Source: a virus. Taken from it: a DNA stretch of 64,000 nt. The stretch's first letter is position 1. Each line of letters starts with the position of its first letter. Below the pieces are notes generated by a model. That model saw nothing but the letters and a program-made list of their open reading frames with translations, ran no database searches and was not told the origin of the DNA. The translations under genes were made by a program, and so were the position numbers. The stretch lies in the IMG/VR virus record IMGVR_UViG_3300044614_002617, positions 1 to 64,000 of that record; one strand, given 5' to 3'. Positions 1 through 12,800 of the stretch are shown here, piece after piece.

Positions 1-1
1 C

Positions 2-1318
2 CGCGCAGGCGTTGGCTCTGTTGAGCAAATGGCAAGTAACGTGTTTGGTATTTCTGCTGTTTCAGGTAAACAGGGAGACACTAAGCAACTTGAAAATATC
101 TTTGCTAAGGCTTTTGAGGCAGGACTCAAAGGTGCTCCAGCTATTCAAAGATTTTCACAAGCCGCCATGGAAATGTCCCAAGCGCTAAAGTTACAGTCGG
201 CCACAGGTGCATCGGGAATGTTGGGTACTCTGACAGGAGCTATGGCTGGCGCTAAAGGCTCTGCTGCTTTTTATATGGAAGAAGCCAGAAGTGGCTTAAC
301 GGGTCTTGCAGGAGCCACGGGCGCTACAACTGGACTTATGGGAACTTTGAAAGTTCTCTCAGGCGCTGCTTCTGGATTAGGTATGGGCACAGGCTTGGGA
401 ATGGTCAGCCGTTCTAATATAGTTCAAGCTCAAGAGGCTCTACAGCAGCTTCAAAAGAGCGACTATACTGAGATGACGGGCTTGGCTCGCAAGATGGTTG
501 GTTCTCAGGTCGCTTCGGGCGTGTCGCCAGCTCAAGCTATTGCAAATGTTCGCAGAGCGCTAGAAGGTCAAGTTGCGGCACAGGCAGCTCCTTTTTCAGC
601 GCAACTTGAGATGAGATACGGAGAAACCCTTTCTTCTTATCAAGACAAAGCAAAGCAGCTCGTTGCTCTATCAAAAAGCAAAGACCCCAAGGTAGCCGCA
701 AAAGCTAAAGAAGATTTAAAAAACCTAATGTTCCAGTTTGAAGACAAGACTACGGGTATGGCCGGCCTTGAAGCCGAAGGCTCTTCAACTGCCCTATTGT
801 TAGGTAAAGTTGAAACTGGAGACTTTAAACGCGCAAAGCAAATACTGGAACGTGAAAAAGGCAAAGGAGCAGCAAAAGCAGCAGCAGACTTCTCTACTGT
901 TCAATACAAGAAGGTTTTGAACCAAGCGGCCCTCGCAGCTCAAGGAGCAATTAGCGGAGTAGTTTCTGAAAAAGACTTGTTGGAAACTGCAAAATCTTTG
1001 GGTCTAGAAGGAACTCCCGCAGAACAGATGAAACAGCTTAGACAAGCTGCAGGTATTTCTAAAAATGAAGAATTTACTTTTAGTAAGCTTTCTGGTGCAA
1101 TGTCTGTGTTGGCAAACAAAGAAGGCGGGATTGGCGGCAGAATCAGTATGCTTGAAGATATTGGCGACGAAGCCTTAAGAAAATTAGCCGCTGCTATAAA
1201 AGGAGTTCCGCCGCCAACCAGTAATGCAATGCCCGCAAAACCCGGCGTTGGCTCTAAAGTAGTTCCAGCAAACGCACCACAAAATTTTGACGTACTTAGG
1301 AATATTAAGGCAGAGTAA
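2..1318 (+). CDS. Tail tape-measure-like protein, C-terminal part (frame open from window start)
   Basis: Ala/Gly/Leu/Met-rich helical sequence. It lies directly upstream of the hub, spike and wedge genes. There is no stop codon between position 2 and the ATG at 29. Confidence 0.6.
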   Translation, partial: RAGVGSVEQMASNVFGISAVSGKQGDTKQLENIFAKAFEAGLKGAPAIQRFSQAAMEMSQALKLQSATGASGMLGTLTGAMAGAKGSAAFYMEEARSGLTGLAGATGATTGLMGTLKVLSGAASGLGMGTGLGMVSRSNIVQAQEALQQLQKSDYTEMTGLARKMVGSQVASGVSPAQAIANVRRALEGQVAAQAAPFSAQLEMRYGETLSSYQDKAKQLVALSKSKDPKVAAKAKEDLKNLMFQFEDKTTGMAGLEAEGSSTALLLGKVETGDFKRAKQILEREKGKGAAKAAADFSTVQYKKVLNQAALAAQGAISGVVSEKDLLETAKSLGLEGTPAEQMKQLRQAAGISKNEEFTFSKLSGAMSVLANKEGGIGGRISMLEDIGDEALRKLAAAIKGVPPPTSNAMPAKPGVGSKVVPANAPQNFDVLRNIKAE

Positions 1319-1335
1319 CAATAAGGTGGATTTTT

Positions 1336-3261
1336 ATGAAAGTGAAATATTTAAATAATTCAACAAGATGGGAAGTTATCCTATTTGATTATATTGACGA
1401 TGTTCCAACTTCAGACCCCCCTAAAGTTGCAGTCTATAGCGGAAACAGAGGCGTTGTTGGAATTAGCGTATCAAGGTCAAAAGCCTCTATTCAGAGTACA
1501 GCCAGTATCAGTATTGTAGGCGAACTCAATGCTGCCTACACAGTTGGTAACTGGGTGATTATCAAGTCAAAAGTAGGTAAATTTAAAGAAAAGAGCGATG
1601 AAAAAAGCGCTTTTAAAGACGTGTCTCCTCTAAAAGAGGGAATCATTAGATTTATTGGACAAATTACTACTATTCAGAACTCATACTCTGTTGATGGTTC
1701 GGGCTTGTTAGTAAAAAGAGCCACTGTTCATATCAGAGAGTGGTCTAGTCTATTAAACATCCCTGTCCGTATTGATGCGTATTCAGTTTCTAGCTATACT
1801 AATCAAACCCAAGAGGCGTTGGGTAGACTTAGTTTTGTTGACGGCAATGTTTCAAAAGTAAACTACGTTCAGCCTAGAAATATTCAGTTTCAAAAACTTG
1901 CACAGCAGCTTATTGACCCATTTGTGGGCGCTGGATTGGTGTTGTCCATTATTGGTGGACTAAACACAGACTCTCAGACCGGAGCAAGTTTAGGTGTAGA
2001 CTTAGGAGAGTATCAAAAGGTAGTTAGTATGTCTAGACTAACCTCAAGGATGCCTAGTCTCCCTCAAGAACTGCTAGACTATTTAGAATTGCCTAAGACA
2101 ACTCAAACCAACAATGCGTTTGCAACGGGCTTTACTAATACACTACTAGGCGTAATGTACGCAAATTCATCTTTTGAGGGGTCTAAGTCAGGCGCGTTAG
2201 ATGGATATGGCAAAGAGGAACGCGACCCAAAATCTTTTAATGGATACTTTAATAGTTACAGTCAGTTAAAGTCAATGTTTTCAAATTATCAAGACAGGCC
2301 AGTAAAGTCAAACTTCTTTTCTTCTTTAGGGAAGGGTGCTTCTGCTTGGAGTCTAATTCAAGAGCACATTGACACTACGATTAATGAAGCCTTTACTGAC
2401 ATCTGGTATTTCAAGACAGAATCAGGAGCTACTACCTCATTGCCGATGATTATTTTGCGAGACAAGCCTTTTGCCCTCAAGACTTTTTTAACAGACCCAG
2501 ATAACCAAATTAAGCACACAAAGTGGACGGCGTTTGATGACCTTCCCAGAGTCTTTGTAGATGACGTAATGATACAAAGCGTGTCTACAACAAACAGCTT
2601 CTTTACTTCTCCTAACTTTATTGAGCCTCAGTTGCAAACAGGCGAAGTCGGCTCGTCAAGAACAGATGACCCTACGACAATCCTAACAACAGCCGTACAT
2701 CGTATTATTGATGATGGAGCGATTAATAGATTTGGAACTATTGAACATTATTGGAATACTGTTTATAGTGCTCCAACAGCTAAAACAAGTGAATCTGGCA
2801 CTGTATATGTTCCATGGTTTGAAGACACTAAAAAACTAATGTACTATTGGCATGCCTTGAGTTATCGTTTTGGAGATGCTAGTCTTACTTTGAAAGACAA
2901 TGACTTGCCAATCATGGTTGGTTGCAATCTATCTTTCCCTATGGGCAAGAATGTATTGTGCGGCCACGTTGAGTCGGTAAGCTGGAGTTTTAGTATTGGT
3001 ATGGACGGTTCGGCATCGACAACAACAAACGTCCAGCTTTCTTACTTGTGTAAAGTAAAGAGCAAGCTAGAAGATGATAAAGATGCAGGAGGGTTAACTT
3101 TGATTGGACCAGCAGGCTTTACTGATTTGACTGACCCAGAGCTTGCTGACTCTAACATTAGAGAAACATTTAAGTTTCCAGAATTTAAAACAGAAATACC
3201 TAAAACACAAGAATTATTACCAAAATTAAATTTACCTAAGTTACCGAAAGCGCCATTCTGA
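1336..3261 (+). CDS. Baseplate hub protein (gp27/gpD-like)
   Basis: 641 aa, between tape measure and spike. N-terminal beta-rich 'GNWVIIK...RFIGQITTI' and C-terminal 'GHVESVSWSF...TTTNVQL' are typical of hub proteins. Confidence 0.6.
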   Translation: MKVKYLNNSTRWEVILFDYIDDVPTSDPPKVAVYSGNRGVVGISVSRSKASIQSTASISIVGELNAAYTVGNWVIIKSKVGKFKEKSDEKSAFKDVSPLKEGIIRFIGQITTIQNSYSVDGSGLLVKRATVHIREWSSLLNIPVRIDAYSVSSYTNQTQEALGRLSFVDGNVSKVNYVQPRNIQFQKLAQQLIDPFVGAGLVLSIIGGLNTDSQTGASLGVDLGEYQKVVSMSRLTSRMPSLPQELLDYLELPKTTQTNNAFATGFTNTLLGVMYANSSFEGSKSGALDGYGKEERDPKSFNGYFNSYSQLKSMFSNYQDRPVKSNFFSSLGKGASAWSLIQEHIDTTINEAFTDIWYFKTESGATTSLPMIILRDKPFALKTFLTDPDNQIKHTKWTAFDDLPRVFVDDVMIQSVSTTNSFFTSPNFIEPQLQTGEVGSSRTDDPTTILTTAVHRIIDDGAINRFGTIEHYWNTVYSAPTAKTSESGTVYVPWFEDTKKLMYYWHALSYRFGDASLTLKDNDLPIMVGCNLSFPMGKNVLCGHVESVSWSFSIGMDGSASTTTNVQLSYLCKVKSKLEDDKDAGGLTLIGPAGFTDLTDPELADSNIRETFKFPEFKTEIPKTQELLPKLNLPKLPKAPF

Positions 3262-4133
3262 TGAGTAATATACCTTATGCACCATCAATTTCGGTTGGAG
3301 AGATAGTCGCTGTTCAGGAGCCAACTTCTGATACAGATAGAGTGACCAAGTATTTTGTAAGGATTGAAACAGATAACGGAACATCAACATTTGTGTCAAA
3401 CGTCGTTGCGTCTACCTTTATTGGTGGAGTTGCAGACGGCTTTAAGATTTATCGTCGTCCAACTACAGTTGATGATAAACCATATGAAATCGACAATAAG
3501 ACTCCATTTGGCGTAGGCGAAAGAGTTATCGTTGCCTTTATCAATAACGATATTAGACGTGGAATTATTATTGGCGGCTACAACAGAATCGTAGACCTAA
3601 TAGAGCTCCCTGAGCCAGAAGAAAAGAAACCTCAAATGCGTTTTCAGTATTTGGGCATGATTTTTGATATTGACACTAAGGGACAACTTACGATTACCCA
3701 TACAGGTGCCCCTAAGATTACAGACAGCCCTAGCGATGTCCCTGAAATAGACGAAAAGAAAGTTTCAGTCTTAACACTAAAAGATGATTCAAGTTTTGCT
3801 TTTGTGGACGCTAATAAGCAATCTATCGTGGTAGATGCAACTAAGAAAAAGATAGAAATATCTTCAGACAAAGAAAAAGTATCTATTGACCAAAAAGGCA
3901 CTATTAAAGTCGAGTCGTCTAAAGAAGTTATCGTTAAGGCACCCAAGGTTGCACTAGGGACTTCTTCTGCAGAACTACTTGATTTAATTGATAAATTATT
4001 AGAGGCATTACAAAAGTCAGCCCCTCAGCTAGTACAAACAGCAGTAGGGCCAGGAGCCATGGACCCTAATTTGATTACTGCCGTAGCAGAAATAAAAACT
4101 AAATTGTCTCAAATTAAAGGAAAAGTCGAATGA
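3261..4133 (+). CDS. Baseplate spike/puncturing protein (gpV/gp5-like OB fold plus beta-helix)
   Basis: 'GERVIVAFINNDIRRGIIIG' OB-fold motif, short beta repeats, and a C-terminal 'VQTAVGP' tip-like segment. Confidence 0.7.
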   Translation: MSNIPYAPSISVGEIVAVQEPTSDTDRVTKYFVRIETDNGTSTFVSNVVASTFIGGVADGFKIYRRPTTVDDKPYEIDNKTPFGVGERVIVAFINNDIRRGIIIGGYNRIVDLIELPEPEEKKPQMRFQYLGMIFDIDTKGQLTITHTGAPKITDSPSDVPEIDEKKVSVLTLKDDSSFAFVDANKQSIVVDATKKKIEISSDKEKVSIDQKGTIKVESSKEVIVKAPKVALGTSSAELLDLIDKLLEALQKSAPQLVQTAVGPGAMDPNLITAVAEIKTKLSQIKGKVE

Positions 4134-4171
4134 CCTGCGTCTCTTAAAATAGATGTAAGGGAGAGTGTAGC

Positions 4172-5254
4172 ATGAATTTAAAAGCTTTGGTAAAAGAAGC
4201 GATAGCGGGCGGCAAACGTGCCGTTGATTCTATGTTAGGAATTAAACCGCCTACACCTAAGCCCGATGGAGGCGCCAACTCCGTTGCTCAATTATTGAAA
4301 GAGGCTTATTCAAAAAAATCTCCTTTTTATTCTGTGACAGCAGAAGATTGGTATAAGACATTTCCTTATAGATTTAAGATAGTTGTAAAAGGTAAGCCTA
4401 CTTATTACTCCCTACCTATTCCCCCAGAAGCCCTCAGTTATCAGATGGTATCGGCGTCTCAGCTTATTCCGACTCTTGGCGGAGTTGTAGAAGAAACATC
4501 ACCAACTGTATTTTGGCAAATTGCACTGTCGGGAACAACAGGTATCGGCATCAGTCGTCCATATTCAGACGAAACAGACACTTTAGATAAGCCGGCCTCT
4601 GGTGAAAATAGTTTTAGAACTGTCCTAAAGGGCGGCCTTCTTGCTAACACTTTTAATAAAGTATTAAACGCAACCGACGCCGTCAAGGGCGCGTGGGGTC
4701 AAGGAGCTGAAGGCGCATTTGGTCTATTGGAAGGTCTAGCCTCAACAGCCCAAAGATATAATACTTCGGCGGTTAAGAATTACATACCCGAAGAAAGCCC
4801 CGGCTCTAAATTAGCCTCTGCCGTAGGATTAGACTTTTCTCGATTTGGTTCGCAAAAGCCGAACGCAACCAACGGCTACGTAGAAATTCATTTGTTGCAT
4901 AACTTTTTAAACTCATATTCACACTTGAAAGAAAACGACCCCGATAATGTTAGTCTTTATTTTGAATCACAAAAAGACAACATGCAATGGCAGGTTATCG
5001 TAAAGAATTTTGGATTTCAAAAAAACGCAGCACAACCTTATTTGTATAAATACAATATTGTTTTGCAGGGATTTGACTTATCTCAAGTCGGCGGAGGGGC
5101 TAGAACTCCAGTAGACAGATTCGGGACAGACGGCGACCTTGGAGGCGTTAGTTCTTTTACCCTTAGCGGAGCGAGCGAGCGTGCTCAGTCCTTAACACGT
5201 AAAATAAGCACAAACCCACTAGGGTTGATTGCTTCTAAACCACCAATTATTTGA
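4172..5254 (+). CDS. Baseplate/tail-tube initiator-like virion protein
   Basis: 'LPIPPEAL...PTLGGVVEE...IALSGTTG' and 'PYLYKYNIVL' patterns, plus position in the baseplate cluster. Confidence 0.5.
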   Translation: MNLKALVKEAIAGGKRAVDSMLGIKPPTPKPDGGANSVAQLLKEAYSKKSPFYSVTAEDWYKTFPYRFKIVVKGKPTYYSLPIPPEALSYQMVSASQLIPTLGGVVEETSPTVFWQIALSGTTGIGISRPYSDETDTLDKPASGENSFRTVLKGGLLANTFNKVLNATDAVKGAWGQGAEGAFGLLEGLASTAQRYNTSAVKNYIPEESPGSKLASAVGLDFSRFGSQKPNATNGYVEIHLLHNFLNSYSHLKENDPDNVSLYFESQKDNMQWQVIVKNFGFQKNAAQPYLYKYNIVLQGFDLSQVGGGARTPVDRFGTDGDLGGVSSFTLSGASERAQSLTRKISTNPLGLIASKPPII

Positions 5255-6819
5255 GGCTCGCAGTGGCTTATACGTATTTAGACCAAGTAATGACTGACTA
5301 TCTGGGGTACGTGAAAGTATCAAAGAATAGCCCGTTTACGTTGGCCGACGTACAGACGATAGCAATCAATAGATGGGATTGGGTTGTTCAAAACTGGGAA
5401 CTCAAACTACATCCTGAATTTAAAAGAACTTTGCCTAAATCTGACTTTTTTATTAATCTTCTTAAAGACTTAAACAACGAAATTACAACTCAAAAAATAT
5501 TCCCAACAACAAGCACCAATCCTTTTATTAACTTAACTAAGTTTATTAAATATAAGCCCATTCTCTCCTACATATCCCTGTCTGATATCTCTTTGACACA
5601 ATCAGAAGCACTGGTTCTTAAAGAAGAACAGAAACGCCTGTCTAACCTTTCTATTACTGAATTTACAGACATGGCATTCTTCTTGCGCAGTAGTGCAGCC
5701 ACAGCAGCTCAGATTGTCGGCTTAGGCGATGACGATGGTGCAATCGTACAGGGCTTTTCTATTACAGAAGCACAAAGAGGCTACTCTCCGCAAGAACTAG
5801 AGCAAGTCAGTGATATATTTGACTTAGCAGACGAAGTTGATGGTATTATTTATTTTCTACAGCAACAGACAGTGCAGCAACCTAACTTACTTGCCGTAGC
5901 TAATAGAAACACAGACCCAGATTCAAAAGTTGTCTTTAATCAATCCTACACGACCGCCGTATCTCTTCCATTTGTGACCTCTCTAGAATACATGGCAGAG
6001 CAGTTTATGGGCAATAAGGACTATTGGTTTGATATTGCAAGCATCAACAATCTGCAGCCTCCGTACGTAGACACCACAGGAACAAAAGAGTTTCTGTTAG
6101 GGCCGGGTACATTAGCTTCAGTCAAGATTTCATCAAATAAAGCAAACGATATAAAAGTTGGAACAAAAGTTAAGGTTGGTTCGTATACTGTAAGAGAAGA
6201 AACTCGTTCCGTCTTAAAAATTGTTAAATTTGACGACGGCACAATGATTCTTTCTCTGTCTGGCGCTCCAGACCTAGCCAAACTAAAAATCTCTGAAAAA
6301 GCCTATGTCAAAATCTACAAGCCACAAACAGCCAATGAAGATACGCTGCTTCTAATCCCTATTGACGCCGAGTCTGCGTTGGTTGAGGGTAAGCAGCCGT
6401 CCCTTGATGTGCTCAAGCGCCTAGACAAAGCCCTATTGGACTTTGGTGTTGATATTCGCAGGGACGAAAGAACAGGCGAAATTCAGATTGGCAAGAATGG
6501 AGACTTTGATATTGTTTATGGAATGCCAGCAGTCCGTCAAGCCATTCATTCTTTAATGTCTACTAATATCAATGAGTTGCCTTTTCATCCAGATTATGGC
6601 GTTCCGTTTGCCAACTCAATTGGCGACAGATTCTATGGCAACGTAGAGCTTGCTGCAGCTTTTTCCGAAGTATTACAAGAAGTTATTCTTGCTGATGGTA
6701 GGTACTCAAACGTCGTTATCCAAGATTTGACAGTGACAGAAACCTCTGTGTCTATCAATATGATTATCACTGTAGACGGCTCTAATGTCATAATTCCCCT
6801 GAGCTTTGTTTCAGGATAA
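5251..6819 (+). CDS. Baseplate wedge protein with LysM-like segment and C-terminal gp25-like domain
   Basis: 'SLEYMAEQFMG...WFDIASINNL' is LysM/gpX-like. C-terminal 'GDFDIVYG...ELPFHPDYG' is a gp25/gpW motif. The start codon is uncertain (TTG 5251 or ATG 5290). Confidence 0.65.
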   Translation: MRLAVAYTYLDQVMTDYLGYVKVSKNSPFTLADVQTIAINRWDWVVQNWELKLHPEFKRTLPKSDFFINLLKDLNNEITTQKIFPTTSTNPFINLTKFIKYKPILSYISLSDISLTQSEALVLKEEQKRLSNLSITEFTDMAFFLRSSAATAAQIVGLGDDDGAIVQGFSITEAQRGYSPQELEQVSDIFDLADEVDGIIYFLQQQTVQQPNLLAVANRNTDPDSKVVFNQSYTTAVSLPFVTSLEYMAEQFMGNKDYWFDIASINNLQPPYVDTTGTKEFLLGPGTLASVKISSNKANDIKVGTKVKVGSYTVREETRSVLKIVKFDDGTMILSLSGAPDLAKLKISEKAYVKIYKPQTANEDTLLLIPIDAESALVEGKQPSLDVLKRLDKALLDFGVDIRRDERTGEIQIGKNGDFDIVYGMPAVRQAIHSLMSTNINELPFHPDYGVPFANSIGDRFYGNVELAAAFSEVLQEVILADGRYSNVVIQDLTVTETSVSINMIITVDGSNVIIPLSFVSG

Positions 6820-6826
6820 ATTCTTC

Positions 6827-6855
6827 TTGAAAAATAACATAGTTCATCTTAAAAT
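6827..6855 (+). promoter_or_regulatory. sigma70-type promoter TTGAAA-N17-TAAAAT
   Basis: Intergenic, upstream of the GAGGAG RBS and the baseplate-J gene. Confidence 0.55.
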
Positions 6856-6889
6856 AGACTCACCTGAATCTTATTGAGGAGTTGGGCCT

Positions 6890-9800
6890 GTGACCGTTAC
6901 TATTAAATCAAAAGAGCAATTACTTGGCACTTGGGTCAGAAGAATCAAGAATAATACAGATATTACTGACTTTCAGCCCGGTGGTGCCCTTGTAACATTA
7001 ATGGAAGCAGTCGCTCAGCAAGTCTATCAAGCACAACTCTCTGTTCTCAAAGTTCTTGAAGTTACAGAAGTAGATAACCTTACAGACAAAAGACTAGATG
7101 ACCTTGCTGAGTCTCTTAAGATTCCAAATGGTCAGGGTGGAGTGGGCCGTCAGGCAGCGTTGCAGGCAACTGGCTCCGTTGTTATTAGCTCTGGGTTTAA
7201 AAAGATTTCAACACGCGCATATGCGGGTAAGCCAGCTCCTTATGCAGGCTCGAAGACTCTGTATGTTCAAGATGCTTCTGAAATGTTTGCTAAGACCCCA
7301 ACCAACGGCAAGATTTATATTGGCCGCAATACAGTAGACTCTTTTGAAGGCCCAATTTCTTATTCAAGTATTTCATCAACGGGTACATACTGGATTATTA
7401 ATCTTGTTGACCCTCTGACTAAAGACCACCCCTATACAGACGAGATTGTTCTTGCTCAAGGCGGCGACAGAAACATTAACGCATCAACAACTGTGCAAGT
7501 GCCAGCTTATTCAGATGCTCCTGCCATTCAGTTCACAACCGACGCTGCTGTTGTTCTTCCTGATGGAGAAGATTTGGTTACGGTTCCCGTTACGTGCACC
7601 CAATTTGGCGTCATTGGAAATGTTGCCTCAGGTGCCATCACAGAATTTTCTTCCGAACCGTTTGCTGGCGCAACTGTTATCAACAAACAACCATTCGTTA
7701 ATGGTTTTGATACAGAGTCTGACGCTTCGCTTCGTCAGCGCATTAAAGATTACCCAAACACCCTTGCTCGCGGAACCGTTGGTGCAATCAACTCCGCTCT
7801 TTTGTCAGTTGTAGACGCTGATACAAAGAAAAAAGTTGTATCAGCTTCTGTTATTCGACCACTTGAAAAAGGCGAGCCAACAACTGTCTACATCGACGAT
7901 GGCTCACTACTAGAGCCGGTTTTTCTTGGGCAAGACTATGAGCTATTGCTTGCAAAGGCTTCCGGTCTAGAGCAGAGTTTCAGAACCGCTCAGGCGCCAG
8001 TAACTCCCGCCGTTGTAACCGGTGCCCAGTCGGCTCCATATGTATTACAAGCCGGCATGTCGATTACTTTTCTTATCGACAATATTCCATATGTGTATAC
8101 AATCACCCCATCAAATTACAAAGACCTAACCGCCGCAACCGCCTATGAAGTGGTTCGAGATCTTAACTCGGATGCAGAAGGTATTTTGGATTTTCGTGTT
8201 ATTGAGAATGGCACGAAAATTGTTGCGATTGACAGAACCAATGCAGCCGAAGAGATTCGTGTAATTTCTGGTCAGCTACAGGCTGCACTAGGATTTCCGA
8301 CTATCGCTCAACGCCCTATTTATTTGTACAAAAATGGTATCCTGCAGTCTTTTAAGGGTAAAACAGCGACTATTTCGTCCAATCCTTTTTCTAACTGGTC
8401 AATCACAGGTGCTCCCTATACCGGACTAGAAGTCGTGATTGATGGTGTTTCAGTCGATGTTGCTGACATCACCAATGCGGACTTTTTGTCGCGCTTTGGT
8501 GTTGCGATGACAGCCGCTACGGCAGAAAACTGGCGAGAAGTTTTGCAAGCAAAAATTCCCGGAGTTACTGTAATTTTTCAAGACAATCGTTTTATTATTA
8601 GCTCAAATAAAGAAAACAACTCTTCCAGTGAAGTCACGATTAGTGCGGGAACTTGGATTGGGCCTGCTTCTGTCTTTTCGACAGAACTTGAGGAAAGGAC
8701 CTCTGTAGGTGCCTCAAAAGATTATACTTTCAATAGATATACCGGAGACATTCGTTTTGTTTCAAGATTGCAAGCCGGAGATATTGTTGAAATTGCTTCC
8801 GTAAATACTCGCGCCTTTATTAAGTCTACAACAACTTCTACTGGTCTGTATGATCTATCTAATGATTATCCGGGGTTTGGTCAGTCTAAGTTTATTGTTG
8901 CTATAGACGGCGATGTAAATGTCAAAACAACCGGAAGCGTTACAAATGGCTTAATAGAAGTAACGAATATTGATTTAAATGACCTAACCGTTTCACTTAA
9001 AGATTACTTAGGAAATGGGCTTTTTATCAATACAGAAATAGACGATTATATTTATCTAACCGCTATTAAAGAGAGTGAAACCACCCCTCTCGCTGGATTC
9101 TCTTCTTTTTCAGATGAGGCCGTGGGTTTTTACAGAATTAAAAAAATTGTGCGTGGCACTTCTCCCGCTAACTCAGACACAATCGTCGTTGAAGTGTCTT
9201 CCTATCAAGCAGCCTCTGCTTTTATCCTTGGAGACAAATACGACACTGCGTACTTAGGCGCACCGACTTTTAAGCTATTTTCATCCACGGTTGTTCCTCA
9301 GGTTGTATCGCTCATTCCGACTGCAGCCGCAATCGTAGAAGAGGTTGCCAATCAAATTAACGAACAAATCGTTGGAGGCGTGGCTGAAAGAAGCACCGGT
9401 CAGTATTTCTTTTTAAGAACAAATACTTATACAGGCGGGCAAATCTCTATTATTGCAACCTTTGGAAAAGCTAATAATCTGTTTACATCGGCATCGGGAT
9501 CGAACCTACAATCACACGTAGGCTCATCTTCTTCTTTGTATTTGGACGGCGGTTTTCCAGTTGTTACGGAAACAGTTTTACCATCGCAGCCTGCAGATGG
9601 ATACGCAGCCCGTGACTATTTAAAAGTTACTCCAAATTACACAGAAATCACTCAAACCACGGTAAATCCAATTGTACAGGCCGCTTCCGTTGTTGCTGAC
9701 TATCCAGTTGGCTTTCAAGAAACTTGGGTTACGGGTAAGTTGTCGGGGTGGACTGGTCGTGTTTATAACACAGAAACAACTGCACCTTTTGAAGGCTTTC

Positions 9801-12800
9801 TAAGAACTGATAGCTCAATTAAACCAATCGGTGCGATTAGTATAACTACTGACAACCTAGATAGATATTCCAATATTTCTTTTAGATTACAGGACTTGTC
9901 AGTAACTCCTTTTGATAAATTTGTTGTGGAAATGGATTTGGATTCTGCCAACAAAACGATTGCTTTACCTTTGTATAAAAAAGCAATTATTTCTGATGAG
10001 CAACAAATCGCAGTTTCTGGCAAAGGTCAAAAATTTCAGTTTACTTTAAAAGATCCAGAAGATTTTGAAAAAGAGTTTTTTGATATTACAAGTCCATTTA
10101 GAGACTTTGATTTCAACGACTTTAAAGTAGTCGGTAAGTCTGTCGGTGTGTATAAGCTAGACAGTGCAAGTGCTGGCTCAAACGAGCCCGCTCTTGTGAT
10201 TCGTTCGACGTCTTTTGGTGGAACAAATAGAATTAAGTTGAATGTTCTTTATCCTCAAACGCCGTCAAAAGGCGATATTACAATTAGTCATTCAAATGTT
10301 TATGAAAATGAAGAGGTGCAGACAACCGTAGTTGCCGAAATGGCTTCGCAGGCTGTCATTCCTTCTACTATCTTTAATTCCGGTACATACACGGTTACCA
10401 ACCTATCTACGTCAAATAATCTTACAGATATCACGCTGTCTACTTTTCGACCATCAACTACGGCAGTTGCAAAGTTTGAATCACTTAGCCCTGCGTTTGG
10501 ATTTTCATTTGGAGCTAGGTCTGCTGGCTATCCCGGAGTATTGGGCAATAATATTGAGCTTGTCATTCAAGATAGTGGAAAGCTAGGGGCTACAGCCGAA
10601 CCAGTTGCAATGATTGCGCAATCTACCAAAAAAGTAATACTTGATCTAAAGGGTTCCACGCCTACCGCTGCTCAGTTGACCAGCGCATTGAGTGTTAGTA
10701 CATACTTAGAAACAGTTACGGAGATGATTGTTGGAAGCGTCCTGTCGCTTGTAAAAATTCCAAACACTTACGGATACGCACCCGAAGTCGCTGCAAAAAT
10801 CTCAAACCCATTTTTTACCATTTCTTTTAATCAAGTGGACTACAACCCACGCTTAAGGGGCGCTGCAGGAAATGGATGGTCATTTAAGTGTATTAGTACG
10901 GGTACAGGCACACCAACTGTATTTATTAACACTGCACAAAAACTAATCGAGATTAACCTAAGAGGCTCTAGTCTTCTGTTAACCGATTTGGAAAATCTAC
11001 TAAATGGCAGTTCCGGATTTAATTCCGAAGTAATGAAGGTGGAAGTTTCAAACGGAAGTCAATATTTAGCCCCTTTTGGCCCAACATTTTTTTCCGGCGG
11101 AGTAACTGCATCAAATACAATTTATACTTCCGACGGCGCTGACGAAACAAATGGCGTTTTTGATGGTTTGTATTTAACAAATAATTTGTTGCAAGTTACG
11201 GGTACGCAATCGGTAGTCTCTATGCCAATCGGAGTGTGGCCGATTGTAGACAAGCCAATGCCAGCAGAACTAACAATTAGAGTTCCTAATTACAATGGGT
11301 TAGCTTCAGCGGTTGCAATTGGCACTGTTTTTAATGCTGCCCACTATCAGCTTCAGTCTTTTGCCGTTGCGCCAAAAACCCTTAAAGATTTGGCAGACGC
11401 CATTAATGCGTATTTACCCGAAACTCCAGTAGCAACAGCATCTATTTTGGGCCTAGAGACAACGGACGCGCTTATGCCCGGCAGCCCTCAAGTGCCTAGA
11501 GCTTCTTATATTAACTATACAAATTTAAATTCTTTGCCAAGTGTTGTGAACAATCCAAATTCCGCTCTATTGTTCCACGCTTTTTGGGCAAATCGCTCAG
11601 AAGGCTGCTCTATTTATGATTATGATTTGTTGGGCAACGCTATTAAAACGGTTGTTCAGTCAAACGACGCAATGTTTCCAAGCGGAAATGCTATTTTGGG
11701 GACAGCCTATTCTTCGGTAGGCGAAGAAGTTTATTTGCTACCAACCAATACAGCTACTTTTAGTCGATGGGCAAACTTTGCTCCCGCTTCTTCGTTGCCC
11801 ATTCAGGCAGACGTTGTGCGCGCTGAAGGCGCAACTAAGGTGCAAATCTCTTCAAAACTTCGTGGTACAAAGGGCGCCGTATATCCAAAAAGCACCTTAG
11901 CAAATAACTACAAGACAGCCACCCTTGAAGCTGCTTCTGCAGAAAACGGTTCTGCTTATTTCCCTCTATTGGTTTCTCAAACCAAACAATTACCCAAAGG
12001 GTCAGTTGTAAAAGTAACCAATGCACTTGTTTCTGATTTGCTAAGACCGTTTAGGGTTGTGTCTCCATTGGCAAACCTAACTCCGGCTAATACCGCAAAT
12101 GAAAAAACTTGGTTTAGAACTGGAACAAACATTATTTATGAACAAGCGAGCTCTACTCGCGGAAGATTGTATTTCCTCAGGCATGGCCAGTCTGTTACAA
12201 TCGGAAGTGTTTCCGTAACAGACACTGAGCCGTTGACCCCCGGAACAACGATTGATGTTATTTATAATACTCCATCAGTTGGTCTTGCTACAGTTTCTTG
12301 TTCAGCCGGCACCCTATCCGCACGAATTGGCGATATGATGTACGTGCGTTCTGCTGCATTTCCGAGTGAATTGAACTGCCCTCCGCTTGACTCAGGTCGT
12401 TGCATGAGCAGCAGTTTGTATGACAACCCGTATGGACTTACGGGCTATCCGGGCTATCCAGTTGTGCAGGTTAACAGCTCCACAGAAGTTGTAGTGATGG
12501 CGCCTAATCTAACACAAGATCATACAGGATTACCTTTGGCTGCAAGCACTGATTTGGTTTTTGTACCCAGTGTTTATGCAGAAAAAAATATTAAAACAAA
12601 TTACAAAGCTGGCCCTCAAGGGGTTGAAGTCTTGGGCAGTGTTGCTACACAGGGAACATCGGCGCAAGCTATTTCGGGTGTTTATTCTTATGGAATTGTT
12701 AAAAAGCTGTCAGATGGCTTTTCTGCTTTGATACTCTCTAATACATCAGATGGCGTTTCTGCTCCGGATCGGCCAAATGACACAATGCTTCTTGCTGAGT